A stretch of DNA of 54,541 bases, the filler included, from Bipalium vagum (taxonomy: Eukaryota), in the NCBI GenBank assembly GCA_037834085.1. It is 2 parts of 2 records of this genome, joined end to end, with 100 filler letters (N's around TTAATTAATTAA, not from the genome) between each part and the next. Parts side by side here need not be neighbours in the genome. Positions count along the whole stretch, not along the records: positions 1 to 24,456 come from JBBMKC010201052.1; positions 24,557 to 54,541 come from JBBMKC010010714.1. The stretch is one strand, 5' to 3'. The translations under genes were made by a program, and so were the position numbers. Of this stretch, positions 22,516 to 38,000 are shown in pieces (the first letter of the stretch is position 1; each line of letters starts with the position of its first letter). A model generated the notes under the pieces. The model worked only from the letters and a program-made list of their open reading frames with translations. It searched no databases and was not told where the DNA came from.

Positions 22516-24456
22516 GTGTTACATGTAGTAGAAATATTTATTTTCTTATTTTTCGATTTTTTGATATGTAATTCTTTTTAAAATAGGCACCTTTTCAGAT
22601 TTCATACTTCCTCCTTCAAATTTTTAGAAATAATCAATGATTATTTTGTCATACTTTTCCAATTTCTTCTCATCAGTTAATATTTTATCTTCAAAAGCCT
22701 TCGTTTGAAATAGATAAGGTCAATCAATTGATAATTCAATACTGTCACAAATTTCTTTCGGTACTTCCTCTCCAGAATTAATACAAATTCTAACGGCTTC
22801 GTGAATAAATGAAGAAAGAAATAAATTTCAAGCCACGAATCCAGGTTGGTAATTAAACGAAAAGGGAAGTAGTCTTCTCGGTAAGAGCTTTCTTCAATAT
22901 TTTGACCAATAATAAACACGAAAATCGTATTTAAATTTATTTGATTAATGAAATAATTATAAAAGAATATAATCGGCATTTATCTTTGAATTTGTTTTTT
23001 TATTTAATAAAATAAATATTTGATAGAAATGATGAACAGCGTGACCGAGTTCGGAGAATGTTCGATTTGTTATGAAAGTGAAGTCAAAGGTATATACTTG
23101 GTAGGGACCCGACGGGTTGGATTTTATTTCACAGGTTTCGGGTTTGGGGGTTCTAATCAAGTTTCTTCGGATAGACTAGGTAATGGCACACAATATTGAA
23201 AATTTAATTTAATACACAATGCTATACAAGTTTCAGATAAGCGGAAGTGGATTTACGGAAACAGAACTATAATAGACGAATAGGGAGTGTGTAGAATTGT
23301 GATGTGTAAATAATTAATAATTAATTATTATTCCCCACCGTCTCTGGCAACAATGCTATCAACCATCAACACTGCCTCGAAAATCCTCCACAGCCGCATG
23401 ACTTTAAACCACATCAAACCACCGCCACCATCACTAACAGTAATAAGTACAAACGTAAAATGATGCAGAAAGCAATTTTACAGAAAACAAGTAGTGCTGT
23501 GATCCAGCCACTGCCGTCAATAAAGATTCGATAGAAGCGTATTATGGAAATTTTGCCTTAGTTACTTCTTTTAATGATAGTAATGATGGACCAATATTTC
23601 ATTCCAGAATTATTAATATAAACGATGTTTCCTCTTCATGCTCAAGTCAACTGAGAAACATATTCACGATTCAGTTTCAAGAGAATTTAAATTCTTCAAT
23701 AATGTTAATAATGGATAATTAAGTAATTAGTAATAATAATTTATATAATAATAATTGATAATAGTAATAATAATATAATAAGCGATGTAAACATAATAAT
23801 GATTCACAAAACCTAAAACTTGAAATTAAACTTTTCCATTATTGAAGAAAACATTTATTTTTAAGAGCGTTTTCATTGAGGCAACCAAAGACCAAATTGA
23901 TTATTCAGCTCAGGTGAATACGTTCGAATTGAGCTGAATACTTAAAAATTTCCGGATTTTCCATTAACTAACAGAAAAGGAGAACAGTGATTGGCTAGTG
24001 AAAAAATCCTAACCCCTATGTAATGGAGTAGTAGAATCTCCATAGTCAGTGGTGAGTCAGTCAAAATTTAGTAAACTTAGACAAAAGTGAATTAATCCGA
24101 AATAAATTAGGAATCGAAATTGTAGCGAAATTAGGGAATGTGGTGAAATTGTAAATTGAAGTAAAGATAGAATCGAATTTGAATGAAGTAAATTATTAAA
24201 AAGAAATGGCGGGATTAAAGTGGTTGAACCTTCATGTGATGATTTTTGATTAAAAAGGTCCTAATTCTATAAAGTTTAACAATATCAATGAGGATTTAGA
24301 AAATGTTGGACCGCTTCCTGAAAAAGAAAAGCAGGTAATAAATAAGAAATACATTAAATTTCTTTTTCGAATATACGCTTTTTATTAAATGAATACAAAA
24401 TTTATTCAAATATATATTTTCATGAAACATGTTTCGAACTTTTATTTTTCAGTTCT

Positions 24457-24555
24457 NNNNNNNNNNNNNNNNNNNNNNNNNNNNNNNNNNNNNNNNNNNN
24501 TTAATTAATTAANNNNNNNNNNNNNNNNNNNNNNNNNNNNNNNNNNNNNNNNNNN
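24457..24555. other. Assembly gap with artificial six-frame-stop linker
   Basis: N run, TTAATTAATTAA (24501-24512), N run. Confidence 0.97.
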
Positions 24556-25125
24556 NTATCCTAAACTCCGAAGATTTGACAAAAAGGTTATGATTTCCGT
24601 TTTTTGGAACTGTGACGGTATGTTGTTTTTTGATCTTCTCCCAGATGGTCAAAGTATAACCTCGGACACTTACTCATCACAACTGAAAAATCTTCATGAT
24701 GTATTGAAAGTTAATTATAGTTATTTAATCAACGGGAAAAGAGTTTTGCTACAAGCAGATCATGCTAAACCTCGCAAAAATCAATGGAAACCCTAAAAAA
24801 TATTGACAGAATCGAACTCTTACCGTATCCGCCTTACTCGCCAGACATTGCAGTCTCTGACTTTCATCTGTTTCGTTCCATGGCACATTTTCTCAAAGGT
24901 CGGCGATTTGAAAATAATGAAGACCTTCAGAAAAACCTCCAACTTTTCTTCGACTCCAAACCATCGGATTGGTACAAAAGTGGGATCCACAAAATTGCAG
25001 AATGTTGGGCCCTTGTTTGTGCAAATGATGGATATTATTTTAGTAACTGATATTTGTTTTGTGCAATAAAATTTTTAAAAAGAATTTTTTATTCAAAACG
25101 CTCATTTTTTATGGGACACCCTAAT
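24556..25125 (+). mobile_element. Mariner 3' half with right TIR
   Basis: KVMISVFWN, LLQADHAKP, PPYSPDIAVSDFHLFRS and WALVCANDGYYF, with a frameshift near 24780. Ends TTTTATGGGACACCCTAATA. Confidence 0.93.
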
Positions 25126-26086
25126 ATTTTTAATAAAGGTCCTTAATTATGACCTCATTTTTTATATTGACTCGGCAAGACAAAAATTATTTATATAATT
25201 TCGAAATTGATCTGTTAAGTACAAAATACTTTTTAATTCGATGTGATATGGATTTCTCTATAAAATCGATTATCATTAGAAATCATTATAATGAATATTG
25301 TTAAAGTAAAGAAATTTGAAAATGATTTTCATTTGATTACTGAGTTACTGAGTTAAATCTCTTATAATAGATTACATTTATTTATATATTATTATATATA
25401 TTAATGAAAGTTACATAACAGAATGACAAATTTAAAAAATTTGGATAACTTCAGTCTCTTAACCACATTTGTTTAAAATGATCAATTTAATCATTTGAAT
25501 ACTTTAAATTTTTAAAAATTAGAAAGATTAATTTTTATTATTTTTGAATGAAAGCTCGGTCCTCATTAGGGTCATATTTTTTTATTGTTCCTTTTATTTT
25601 AAATCATTTACTAAAAAATTTTGATAAATGAAAAGGCTAACATATTATAAATAACAAAACAAACTTCAAAATTTCCTTTTCAATATTTTATGTTAATGGA
25701 TTCGAATATTTCGTGATTCAGACTTCAATAAATGTTTTGAAAATCTTCAAATTTACTATCATTATAAATTTATTTTTAATAGAACATCTAAAGAAACCAT
25801 ATGCTATAGGATCATGACTTTATCAAAAATATCAAATGAAATAATTAAATAAAAACGTTCTTAACAATTTCTAGGGCTCATCTCCAAAGCTTTTCGATTA
25901 GTTCACTATATGGTTTCAATATGGTTTCGTTTTACAATTTTATCATCACTTATCCTTTATTAATATATTTGCATTTTATCAACCCACGACTCATTTTTAT
26001 TCTACTTCACCATTCAAATAGTTTCTATTATCATTATACAATCTCAATGACAATTTAACAATAAAGATTGTTTTCACTATCATCAG

Positions 26087-29000
26087 GTTTGATGTCATCT
26101 TCCAGCATTCTCCCGATGATTTAATAATTCCCTCCAAATTGCCATCTAATAGACCAAATTATGAAATCAGACCAAAAGGTAAATATAATTGTTTTATATG
26201 ATAATACCCGTTATTTCTTTTTTTTCATTTTAAATGAATATTAAAAGTTAAAAATATTTTTTTAGATATTTCAGGACTTAAGATGCTTAATAAAAAATTG
26301 TAAAAGAAATTCAAATTTTATTTTTACCTTTTTTCTAGTTGTTACATTTACTTCATTAAAATTAATTTATTTAAATTCAAATTAATGCCAAGTGTCCAAC
26401 TGGTAAGTTTTAAGATTTTAAATGTGAATTGATGTAACAATTTTGGATAACTTAACATAAACTGTTTGTATCAGATTGACTTATTTTACGACTGGAGTTA
26501 TCGTACATAAACCATTTCTCGTCACCAGTTATGATACGATTCAGAAAATCTTCATTTTTTGTTTAGAAATCAGCGTGTCGCAAATTGAATAACGCCTCTT
26601 TTTTTCGTGATCGGTAACTTCGTGAGGCGCCCATATTCCTGCCTTGATTGCTTTACCAAACTTCGACGAATTGTTTCCCGATTGAATCCTAATTTCGAAC
26701 TCATTTCAACGAGTGTTTAGCATGGATTATCTTCGATATATGACTTAATGCCTCCTGTGTCCACAGTAGTTGGCTTCCCTGATCTTAAAACGCCTTCTAA
26801 ATAAAAATTACCATTCCTAAATGGAGAAAATCATATCTGTTTTTTTCTGATAGAAAGAGTATCGGGATAAAATTTGTTGATTGACATAGTAGCCTCTGCT
26901 GCCGTTTTATCATGTCAAAATTCATATAGCATACAATGGCGTATATGATTTTCATTTGGTATTTCCTCTGCCATTTCTACAGATGTAATGCATATAATCA
27001 AATTATTCAAAAAATTAATTAAACATTAAACTTAGTTCGTAAATTCACCCAAAAAAATATTAATTTGATATACTTAAACAAATTACTTATTGATTGAATA
27101 TTAATTATTAAAAAACGACATTACTTATGTGTCGACCTAAGATAACATTTGAATGCAAAAGTTTAATTTTGACAAAATTTCAGTCAACATATTTACCAAA
27201 CTTGTATAAATGTCTTTTCCTGTTAATCCTTTTTGAAATAAGTAATCAATAACTGAGCGATTTTTTAATTTGCATTCTAAGTGTTTTGAAGTTAACTTGC
27301 ATTAAAACAGGTATTCAATTTATAGATTTATTTGAAATTTAACTGGTATATATATAAAATAAAAATTATATTATATTTTTGCAGATTATAATATTTATTT
27401 TTCTTTGAATTATATTTATCATTTAAATTTATATTTAAACGATTTTTTAATTTCTAAGTTCCAAAAATCATGCGATTTTATGAATGTATTTTTCTACCGG
27501 CTGGATTCTGGCCTCGCCTTATTACCAGAATAAGAGCTTTAGCTCAATTATTCGATCAATATTTCAATGTATGTAACGTAAACCTTAATTTATGGAAAAC
27601 CGGAGTGGTGATATCTTTGGAAGATGTATGTTTCAACTTTACATAAACCATTTTCATTGCTGAATGATAAATTATATTATTTTTAATTTTAGTCGATCTA
27701 TCTAATACTAGAAGGAAAGCACAAGGATAAACATGATAAAGAAATTATCGAAATTTCAGTCATAATGTCTGAATTGGGAATAAAGTAAATTTTGCATTTT
27801 TTTGATAAAATATATATTATAAATTAATGATTTTCCCGTTTTCTTTAACATTGTGTATAATAGCAAACCCAAAAGTCACAGTCTGAGAGATACACCGTTT
27901 TCACCTCTTTTTTGACATTGTAAAATTCTAAGTTTGACAAAATGTTAATTACAACAGATATATATTCATAATGTAAAAAAATCAAAAAATTTAAACAGAA
28001 ATACACTTATTCATTAATAATTTCCTTGTTCAAACATCTTGGAATTTATGAAGCCATATTGTGATAGTAACCGGGGTAATCTTCACTTGTAATAAGCATT
28101 GGCCCATTATTTATAAGTTCCATTAAAGATTCTTCATTTTCTGGTCTCTCTCGTCGTACAAATTCCTTCCATTTTGAAAATAAATTTTCAATGGGGTTTA
28201 AAAAGGTGAGTATGGAGGTAAAAAAAATAAAATAATAAATAATAAGATAAATAAATAATCAGATCATGAGGTATCGATTGGACATAAAGATGTCTGGTAT
28301 TTGTAGAATATTATGAATTTGCTTTTCAGAGATTTTCAGCACTCTATCATTTGATTTATAGTGATTTAGGATCTTTGTTGATCAGATCTCGAATAGCAGC
28401 CACATTTTTATCAGTAGTCATATCTGTTGAGCGACCAGAGCATATAAAACCATCAAAGGATGCTTTGCCCATCTGAAACATACAGAACCAATTGGTAACG
28501 TTTGAGTACGCTACACTATTAGGTCCCAAAACATCATTAATTTCATTGGCGGTGTCTATCACAGACATTTTCTTTTTAAAACAATAAGCAATAAAAACTC
28601 TGATTTCTCCAGAATTAAGCACATCTTTTTCAGTCATTCTGAATTTTAATAATTATGAATAGTAAGTAAAATATAGCATCTACACTTTTGAAATAACTTT
28701 TTTATGTTTTAATTGATTTAATTAAACAAATGTTAGTATAAGCAAATTTAAAGGCTGGATGCTGAAATGCTAAAGATTTTCAATTATACTAATATAATTA
28801 AATAAATAACTCTGGTTTATAATTATTCAATTTTTTTGCCTTTTCGGACTTAAGCCAGAAAAAATAGATTTCCAAAAATTTCATTTACCTGATTTAAAAA
28901 AATGTAGTGTCAATTTAAATTGATTCACTAGTTAAAATGTAACTATTTCTTCTGAATAATTGCTTTTTTTGTTCATATTACTGTTTTATTTTCATATCTC

Positions 29001-32000
29001 TGAAGATATTTTATATGAAAATACCTTATAAATTATAGATTTCTGATTTCGGTAATTAAATTTAAAATTGGTCGTTTTAAAAATTTGCTATTGGCAGTGT
29101 ATAATCATATTAGTTATTAACATTATTTTAAGTTTCTCAATGAATAGGTTAAGCTTAATAAATAAATATAAATTCTCATATATTACAAAACCATTAAAAA
29201 TTTTATTCCAAAAAATAACAATGGTAAATATCTAATTTTTGTAATCTTTTCCGAAGTAATCATTACCAAAAAACTTTATAATACGAGTTCCCTGTTCATC
29301 CCATGAGTTATATTCTAAAAATCAATAAAATGAAAGATACTCTACTTTAATGAGTTGTTTGTTAAATGGATATCCACAAAATCCAGAATAAAATTAGATG
29401 TTTTATTTGTAAAAATATTTTATCAGGTGTTATTAACAAGTACCTTATAATGTGATATTGGGTTGTTCGAAAAGTCACTTCGCATTTTTTTGTAAAAAGT
29501 AAAACCAGTAGTTTTATTATTCAATATTTTAATCAATATTGTATTGTCCTTGTTGTTCCAAAACCTTCTACCAGCTACCAAGAAATTTTAATATCCCGAC
29601 TTAAGTGTTTTAAATTAAGATTTAAAGATAGGTAAAAAAAGCGAAGTGGCTTTCCAAAAAACCCAATACTAATTATTTTCTTATATTCTCATCATTATCT
29701 CAAACCGTACTTTACTGAATAAAACCGATCGAATCAAAAATTGTCCACTTGTTTCTGTGGTCATCAGTCATAACATTGAGATCATCAGATCAGTAACCCT
29801 AATTCAAATTTATTTATTAATTTTAAAATGAATAATAAGTTCTGAATTTTTAATCTTTCCTATTTATCTTTTTCTTATTGAACTTTTTTTTACATTTTTC
29901 CTTAAGTTTCGATAAACTTCTTTGTTTAACTTAATTTAATATTTTATTATTATTATTTTTAGAATATTTTTTAATTAACTTAATCTCAATAATTTAACTT
30001 GAATATAAAAGTTTTAATAATGTATAGAAGTTTATGAATTGATAATTAATACGGTTCTATTTTACTTTAACAACTCTGTGTTATAAGCAGACCAATCATA
30101 ATACAGGGTTATTTTTAGATTTTTAAAAATTAAACTTCTTTAACTTCTTATAAGATTGATCTATAATAATTTTTACCTGTTAAATACATTAAAAATCATA
30201 TAATTTTAATAAAAAATTGTTAAAAAACGTGAAATAAAATAAAATCTAAAAATAACCCTGTGTTATGATTGGTCTGTTTATAACACATGTTTGTTAAAGT
30301 AAAATAGTAACATTAATACTTATGATTTTGATGATATAACTCATATTATAACAAAGTAAGACTAACTATCTTTAGAATATTTGTACAAATAATTGAATGC
30401 ATTGAGGTCCTCATAGAAGAATGGTATCCAGGATTGGCTGATTTAGACATACATGGCAATCAGATTATAACAAGATATGCCTATTGTCCTTACTGTGATA
30501 GTCATATCCCTGTGATGGACATTGTTCAGCAATCTTATGAATCTGATAAAATGATATGTAAAGATTGTACTAAGATCTTTGGAAATACTAATCAGTATCA
30601 AATTCGAATAATTGCACCGGATATTATTCTCGGAGATCTACCAACTGATCTTATGATCAACAAAGATTTATTGCAGGTTTTATTATTATTAAGATTATTT
30701 ATTTTCCATATTACTTTTTATTTCAATTTCCTTGACAAAATCATCTGTTATCATCAATGTACAGCGTTTGAAATTTTGCTATTTTTAACACTTCCATTAT
30801 CGGATTGAAGCTCTTGGCGACTTTATGTATAAATAACTTTAAAATCTGGCCATTTCTAAATAGGAATGACCAGCTTTCAAAGCAGCTATGACAGTATGTC
30901 GCTTCATTTTTTTGAGTGATTTGGTTTTCGCTAAAAATTTCATATGGAAATATTTTTAGAAATCATAAAAATTAACGTTAAACTTATATCCTCAAATACC
31001 TTACACACCCTGTATCTATGTATATGATCGAATATTGTATGATACGTAAAACATTAAAGCAAGGTTCATAAAGATCTTTTTTGGTTATATAATAGGTCAG
31101 GAAAAGTGCCGAGAATTTAATTGGATCTGGTGGTATTGGTTCAGTTTTTAAAGGAACTTATATGGGAAAAGATTGTGCCGTTAAATACATAACTAGTTTG
31201 GAAAACTCATGTGAGCCTCCATCCTATAGACTGCTCCGCCAGGAAATAGATATATTAAGAAGAATTCGACACCCATCATTGATCAATATGTTGGCAGTTG
31301 ATAGAGAAAAAATCGTTCTTGAACTGGCTCCATTAGGAGATTTAAGATTCATTTTGTCCAATCACATTCTTCCAAAAAAAATGTTACAGCGAATAGCATA
31401 TCAAGTAATCAGTGGAATAGAATATCTCCATACCAACAACATTATTTATCGCGATCTGAAAATCCAAAATGTTCTTGTATTCAGCTACGAATTCTCAGTT
31501 CATGTAAGTCTTTTTATTACTGTATCATTGATATCACTGAGATACTGAACATATTCTGGAATCAAAATTAAATCAATCTTGCTTTAATAAAAAGTAATAC
31601 TATTAAAAATTATTTATTATTTTTACTATTATCAATAATATTTTTGTTGTAAGTAATGCCACAGTATCCGTGTTGTCTGAATTCATTAAGTCAAAATTGA
31701 ACGACATTTATTGTATGAAAATAATAAAAGTAGTTGAAAAGTGATTTCGCTTTATTTTATTTTATTTAAATTTATTAATTTTTCTTAATTTTATTTTAAT
31801 TGAGATAATTATTTATTTTAAAAATTATTTTTAAATTTAATGTTTTTTTACCTTATTACTTAATTCCTTACTTTAAAATTTGGTTTTTTACATTACGTAA
31901 TTTTTAAAATAATTATTTTATAAATCATCTAATTCCACACAAGGACTTCCAAATAGATGTATATTAATTAGAATAAAAAGGTCAATAGAGCCCAGCTTTA

Positions 32001-35000
32001 TTTCTACTCATGTCAGTTAGTTAAGTTTATAAATATAATTTTAAAAGTGATTTAATAATTAATTTAAATATTCGTGATTTTGTAGATTAATGTTAAACTT
32101 GCTGATTACGGTATCGCTAGATTATTAGCGCCCTTCAGTTTTGTAAACCCTCAAGGTACACATGGCTACCAAGCTCCGGAGGTCATTAAGCGATCAGCCT
32201 CGTATGAATTATCTGCCGATATTTTTTCTTTTGGAGTTGTATTATTTAATATCGCCACTCGCGGTCATCATCCAGCAGATTTTAGAACTCAATGGCGACC
32301 TGGTATGTATTCAGAATTAATTCCCAAACAATTTGACAATTGGACAAGAATGCAGGTATCTCTAAACAAATAAACTATGGTTATTATGATGCTTTCATAA
32401 TAAACTTAGGAATGCATTAATAGCTGCACAAAACTTAATCCTGAAGAAAGGCCTAACGCCAAACAGATATGCAAATTCATCAGCAATTCAAGTTTCATAG
32501 GAATAAAAAATGTTTGGCCTTTAACGAAGCAGACTAGGATAGAGTGTATGATAACTCTGGTATTCATTAATGATTAAGAAAGTGATTCTTATTAACATTT
32601 TTATAAAATTAGACCACTGAAGAAAACTCTTTAAATGTCATTTTGGCTAACGGAAATCAATTTAAGCAAGAGATTCGATGTCTTGATATTAACTCTGGTC
32701 AATCGAAAGTTCATTTCATTTTTGCACTAAAATCTCAATGTTTACAAATATTCCACGTTATAATATCATGATAATAATTTAAAAATTATGAATGTTTCAT
32801 AAGAGTATAAATGTAAATATTTAAGCTAAATGAAAAAAACTGATGAATTTTTGTGAGTGAAGTAAAGTTTAGTAATCCAATTCCCGCATTTTTTGAGCAG
32901 TTAATCTTGCAAAGTAAGGAAGAGCGTTATCGAGCAAAAATAAAGAATTGCTTCAGTCAATAGGATATCGCAGTGGTAGTTTCTCCATATCATAATGAGT
33001 ATTACCGCTCATGGACCATCAAACGGTCATCATTTCCTGCCTCATGGTAGTCTTTCGCTTTGCAACTATGGTATCTTTAACTATCCAATCGTTTGAACAG
33101 CTTGTGTTTTTGAAATATCAATTTCTCGTCACAAGTAGGTGAGCAAATAGATAAACGCTGATTTTTGCAATTTTTACTTAATTGCTTTGGGATCCACTTT
33201 TGAAGCTTCTTGAATTCTTCAATTTGTGAAAATGGGGACGAGCTGTGATATTGTTAAATCCAAATACCTCTAAAAGTGCATTAGTTGATTGTTGATGAGT
33301 GAAATGACTGTTATCAATTACTGATGGTTGCCCTGAACGAAACTCGTCTTGAATAGACATGTCTCCCGGATGGAATCTTTGTTAATTGAATCGATGTCCC
33401 ACGCATGGCAAATAATACGTGTAGTCTTGACACATTTCTCTTTAATTTAAATTCATAATAAAATATAACATAAACATATAATAGTTTAAGCCATGGTCAT
33501 TGTCTCTTATACCTAATTTTATATTATTCAAACAAACCTAAAAAAATAAAACAAGTATTTATTTCAATAAAGGATTAACTATTCTGATATTATAAATCAT
33601 TAATTTAAAAAAGTATAATTTCAAATATAGCTAAGGAAGAATAAATTTAATTAAAAACAAAATAATTGATCATATATTTATGTTGGTAGATTAAGTGACC
33701 TCATTCTTTCACAAGATTTTTATTTTACCAAGTATAACATTTAAGTCAATCATATATTCCACAATTATTATTAACTAAAGTCGTAATAGTAATATGAGAT
33801 TGATTTAGAGACAATAAATAATTGGATCTTTTCTTTGATATCATTCCCCAAAAAAAGTGTGCAAAAATCTATAGATGTGAAACACTATCTGGTCTTTATG
33901 GCTGGTGGACCATTACTTCTTGTACTGAATCTTTAATTTTCTTAGATATGATTCTCGAAACATGTGGCTTGTTATTGTCTTGTTGAAAAATCAAAAATCT
34001 CTGCTGACTAAAGCTGATCACTTTTAAAACATGGTTCTCATGTAATTTGTTCATATTTTCACAGTATTTGTTTGAATCAATTATCTCTTCTGAACAGTTC
34101 CCTGTAAATTATATCTAGACAATCCCACAAAATAACTTCCTTAAAAAAAATTCTGGATTTTATGTTGACGTCATCTGACTTCCCAATTGTATACAAGTAA
34201 TTGTTTACATTGATATTACTGCAGTCAAGTATTTGCCATCTTTAGAATATTTAGTCATGGATCAATTTTTACTATTTATTGCAATATGTGTAGTCAATCA
34301 ATGTTGGACGTCCACTTTTTTCATGATCCCTTTATGACAAACCGTTCATGTGATAAGTGAATATAAATGGGTTTTATGCAAGTTAATATCGTGTATAAAT
34401 TCCAATGTCATGAATGTGGTCATCTATACATAGGGGAAACACAACGTCACCTAAAGACACGAATTGGTGAGCATTCACAAAAAAGTAGAACAAGTAAAGT
34501 GTTGGATCATACTTTTAGTTGCAAAGAAAGATAGGGAAATAAATATGCCAATGAAAATGAGCTTAGTGTAGTAATGAATAACTTTGATAACGATGAAGTA
34601 AGAAAAATATGCGAATCATTAGTAATTAAAAAACTGAAACCAGAAATTAATTCACAAAATGGAGAAAGCAGGAATCAATGAATGATTAATGTTTTCCTTA
34701 ATTATTATTTTTTTTAAATTTAAAATATTAAAAAATTGTATTTTTAAAGTTTTTAGAATTAAAAAGGTTTTTTTATTATTGTCCAATAATAATGTAAATA
34801 GTTTTATTGAAATCATCCTAGTAATATCATTTGAACATAGACACCGAAGAAGAATAAAATTGACTGAAGAAGTTCTGAAAGAAGAGATCGAAACATATTT
34901 CAAGATAGTAGTATAAATAACATTTTGCGTGTTCAAAAATGTTTTTTTAAAGCGTATGACTAACCAATTAAACATGAATGAAAATGGTTAGTTATTATTA

Positions 35001-38000
35001 TTCCATATTTCAGGGAAAACCTCTACTTCATACTCATCAAAAATCAAATAAAATTCTCTGTATGACTTTATTTATGGATAATATTCTCTTCGGCACAGAA
35101 GACGGAGGATTACATGTTTATGATTATTTGAATAATGCAATAACTCCCGTGTCAATATCTTTTGAAGACTCTATTCTTAGTTTAATTTTGACAAGGTAAA
35201 ATTTATTTATTATATTAATATTTCATCAAATTGTGACTTAGTGTTAGTACTGCTTCAAAAATATTATTGTTGGGACTAGCTAACGGAAACATATATTTCA
35301 ATACAGAATTCACAGCTATATCGGTAAGATTCGGTAATATTCGGTGAAAAGTATAAAGAATTTTAAAATATGCGCATAAAAAACATAAATATCGAAGATT
35401 TTAATTCTTTATTTTCAAGTTGACAGACTTGTAGACAAATGTAATTTCTTGATTTTTTTTCTCAAATCACAAAAGAATTATTTATTAAAATACAATTTCC
35501 GCAATATTCAGTCAAAAAATCTTCTAAGTAGTGTAATCAGACTGTATGAGAATCCAGAAAAAATCTGTGGTAAATTGTTCCATATAGTCGTGTAACAATT
35601 ATTTTTCAGATCATTATTTTTCCATTGAAACTTTTCTTTATTTCTTAATAGTTGAATAATATGGTTGTAACTGTTATTAATTCTCTTATTATTTTAAAAA
35701 AGAAACTCTAATGCGTAACTACTTCTTACGAAAATATTATTTTATTTATTTATATATGATGATGATTTCCAACTATAATTTTAAATTGTAGTCTCTTAAA
35801 TACAGAGTGTGTACGATAAAATGGCAAAAAATTTTATATTTTTTAAGAAAATAAAAATATTATTAAATCAAACAAAAAATATATTTAAAGTAAAAAATAA
35901 ATAAAGACAATCATTAATGATCGATTGTTCAAAAAAGTATCCTTTAGCAGCAATAATGCTTCAACTCGACCTCGATATCTGGAGAAAGCTTTAACTAGGT
36001 TAACCTTATCCAGTAATACAAATACTTTACTAATCTTTACTTTTAAAGGGCAAATAGTCGAATGAGGTGCATTATTAACATCTCTTTCGCAAACGCTCCA
36101 TACATAATAATCTAAAGGATTAATGTTCGGTGGGCTAAGAGGCCACATATATGTTGGCCAGAACTCACTAACATTAGTCCGGAGAAAATCCTGGGTCTTC
36201 TTGGCGTTACATTTAAATAAGGATAAAAGATATTTCTTATAAATATTCTGTTTAAAATATTATATTAATAATAATTAATTTTTTTTATATTTTTTCATTT
36301 AAATTTATTTATATATTGTTAACAAAATCGTTACACGCTTAAAAATAATAAAAATTAATTTTAATAAAAATACTATTTCATTTTAAAATTAATTAAAACT
36401 TTTGCTTAAGGATTTAGCTGATATTTCGAATTTTAATAAGATTGAAATTCCTGATGGGCCCATTCTTAATTTACGTTTGATAAATAATACAATTTTTGCG
36501 ACTTCTGGATCACAAGTTTACAAAATGATATTCAATGTCAACAAAGAATTTGAATATTTTACCATTTTGGATCCTTGTGCAAAGTAATTTGAAAGTCGTG
36601 TTTTTTAATTTTATAAAATGTTTTTAGTCCACAGGAAAAATTGATTAAATGTTTCTTTCCAGTTGTCGAAGAAATGAATGATGTTCCTGTTTCTTTTTAC
36701 TTTACATTAAGAAATGAAACTATAATCTATAGCTATGATGAAGAAGGAAATGAGCTGAGACCGAAAATTGATTGTCAGGATTTGATGAAGTAAACAAAAT
36801 TTTATATATTTTTATAAATATTATAAACAATCAATTTATATATTTACCAAGTTAATTTATTTCTGGCTTGTAACTAATAATAACCTTGATTTAACATATT
36901 CTTGTAATCGTCGTAAAATTAAGTTTACAAAAATAAATTAAAACATCTTTTTTGTAATTAAATCAAAAGATTTCATAAAACCGATTTTTAAATTTTTTTT
37001 GTGCTAATTTGCTTTAAAATACCAATTTAAAATTTTTTTTCCCTTTGACAAACCAAATACAAATGCATATTTCGGTTTAATTTTTTATTTTATTAAACTT
37101 TGTTCTACTGTTCCCATCTAGCTACGTCCCAATCTTTTTTATCCATTGCCCAAGGAAAGTCTTGTTAATCTTTGCTTTCTGGTTAAAAGACTCTCCTTGG
37201 CAGCATCATGGGTTTTGAAACCGTATTTATTCAAAATTTTTTGTATTGTTCTGCAGTATAAGCTTCACATTATTTGATTATTATAAATAAAGGTAACATC
37301 TACAACCGAAAGATATCTATTTGACTGGAAAATACGAAGATTAACTGTCTTATCACGAGGAGTAAGAGTAATTGGCTTACCAATGCGAGGCTTATCCAGG
37401 ACACTTCCAATTTTTTGTATCCTTCTTTTAGTGATAGTTACCTTGTATCGGTCTTTCGTGATTTTCATAATATATGACCAATGATGACCTTCTTTTAGAG
37501 AAAAAATGCGTACTCGATCATTTTCAGAAATACGTGAATACATCTAAAATCAAATTAATTGTCTAATTTAAATTAATTACTTTATATTATATCATTGTAA
37601 TTTATTTGATATACATAAACAAAAATCCTTACATTATTTATAAATTAAATTTTATCTTTTAATGGCATAATTCAAAAAAATTAGAGTGGTGAACTGACTT
37701 AATTGGCCTATTGTATATATAAGTTGTATAAATATATTTCCTTCATTTCTGAATTATGTATCACTTTGGAATAAAGAAACTATCTATATTTTCTTTTATC
37801 TGAGATATAACTTCAGTGTTGTCTATTTTTGTTAATTTAAAATATATATTTTAAATGACAATATTTCTACCTGAAAAACATTATATGTTATAATCATTAC
37901 TTGTCATGTTCAATTTGAAGAAAGACCTATTGATATAAATAAATTATTTTTTGAGGCAACCACACTTTAGTAGAAAGAACTTCTTACAATAGTTTCAAAA

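Noticed and set aside
24457-24555. Palindromic TTAATTAATTAA inside the N run as a biological site
   Set aside because: It is a six-frame-stop linker used in contig joining. Adjacency of the two halves is therefore not guaranteed.
34652-34975. Overlapping AT-rich ORFs (also 8245-8508, 22677-22979, 43054-43236, 47650-47853)
   Set aside because: Low-complexity I/K/F/N-rich translations without motifs, expected by chance in AT-rich DNA.
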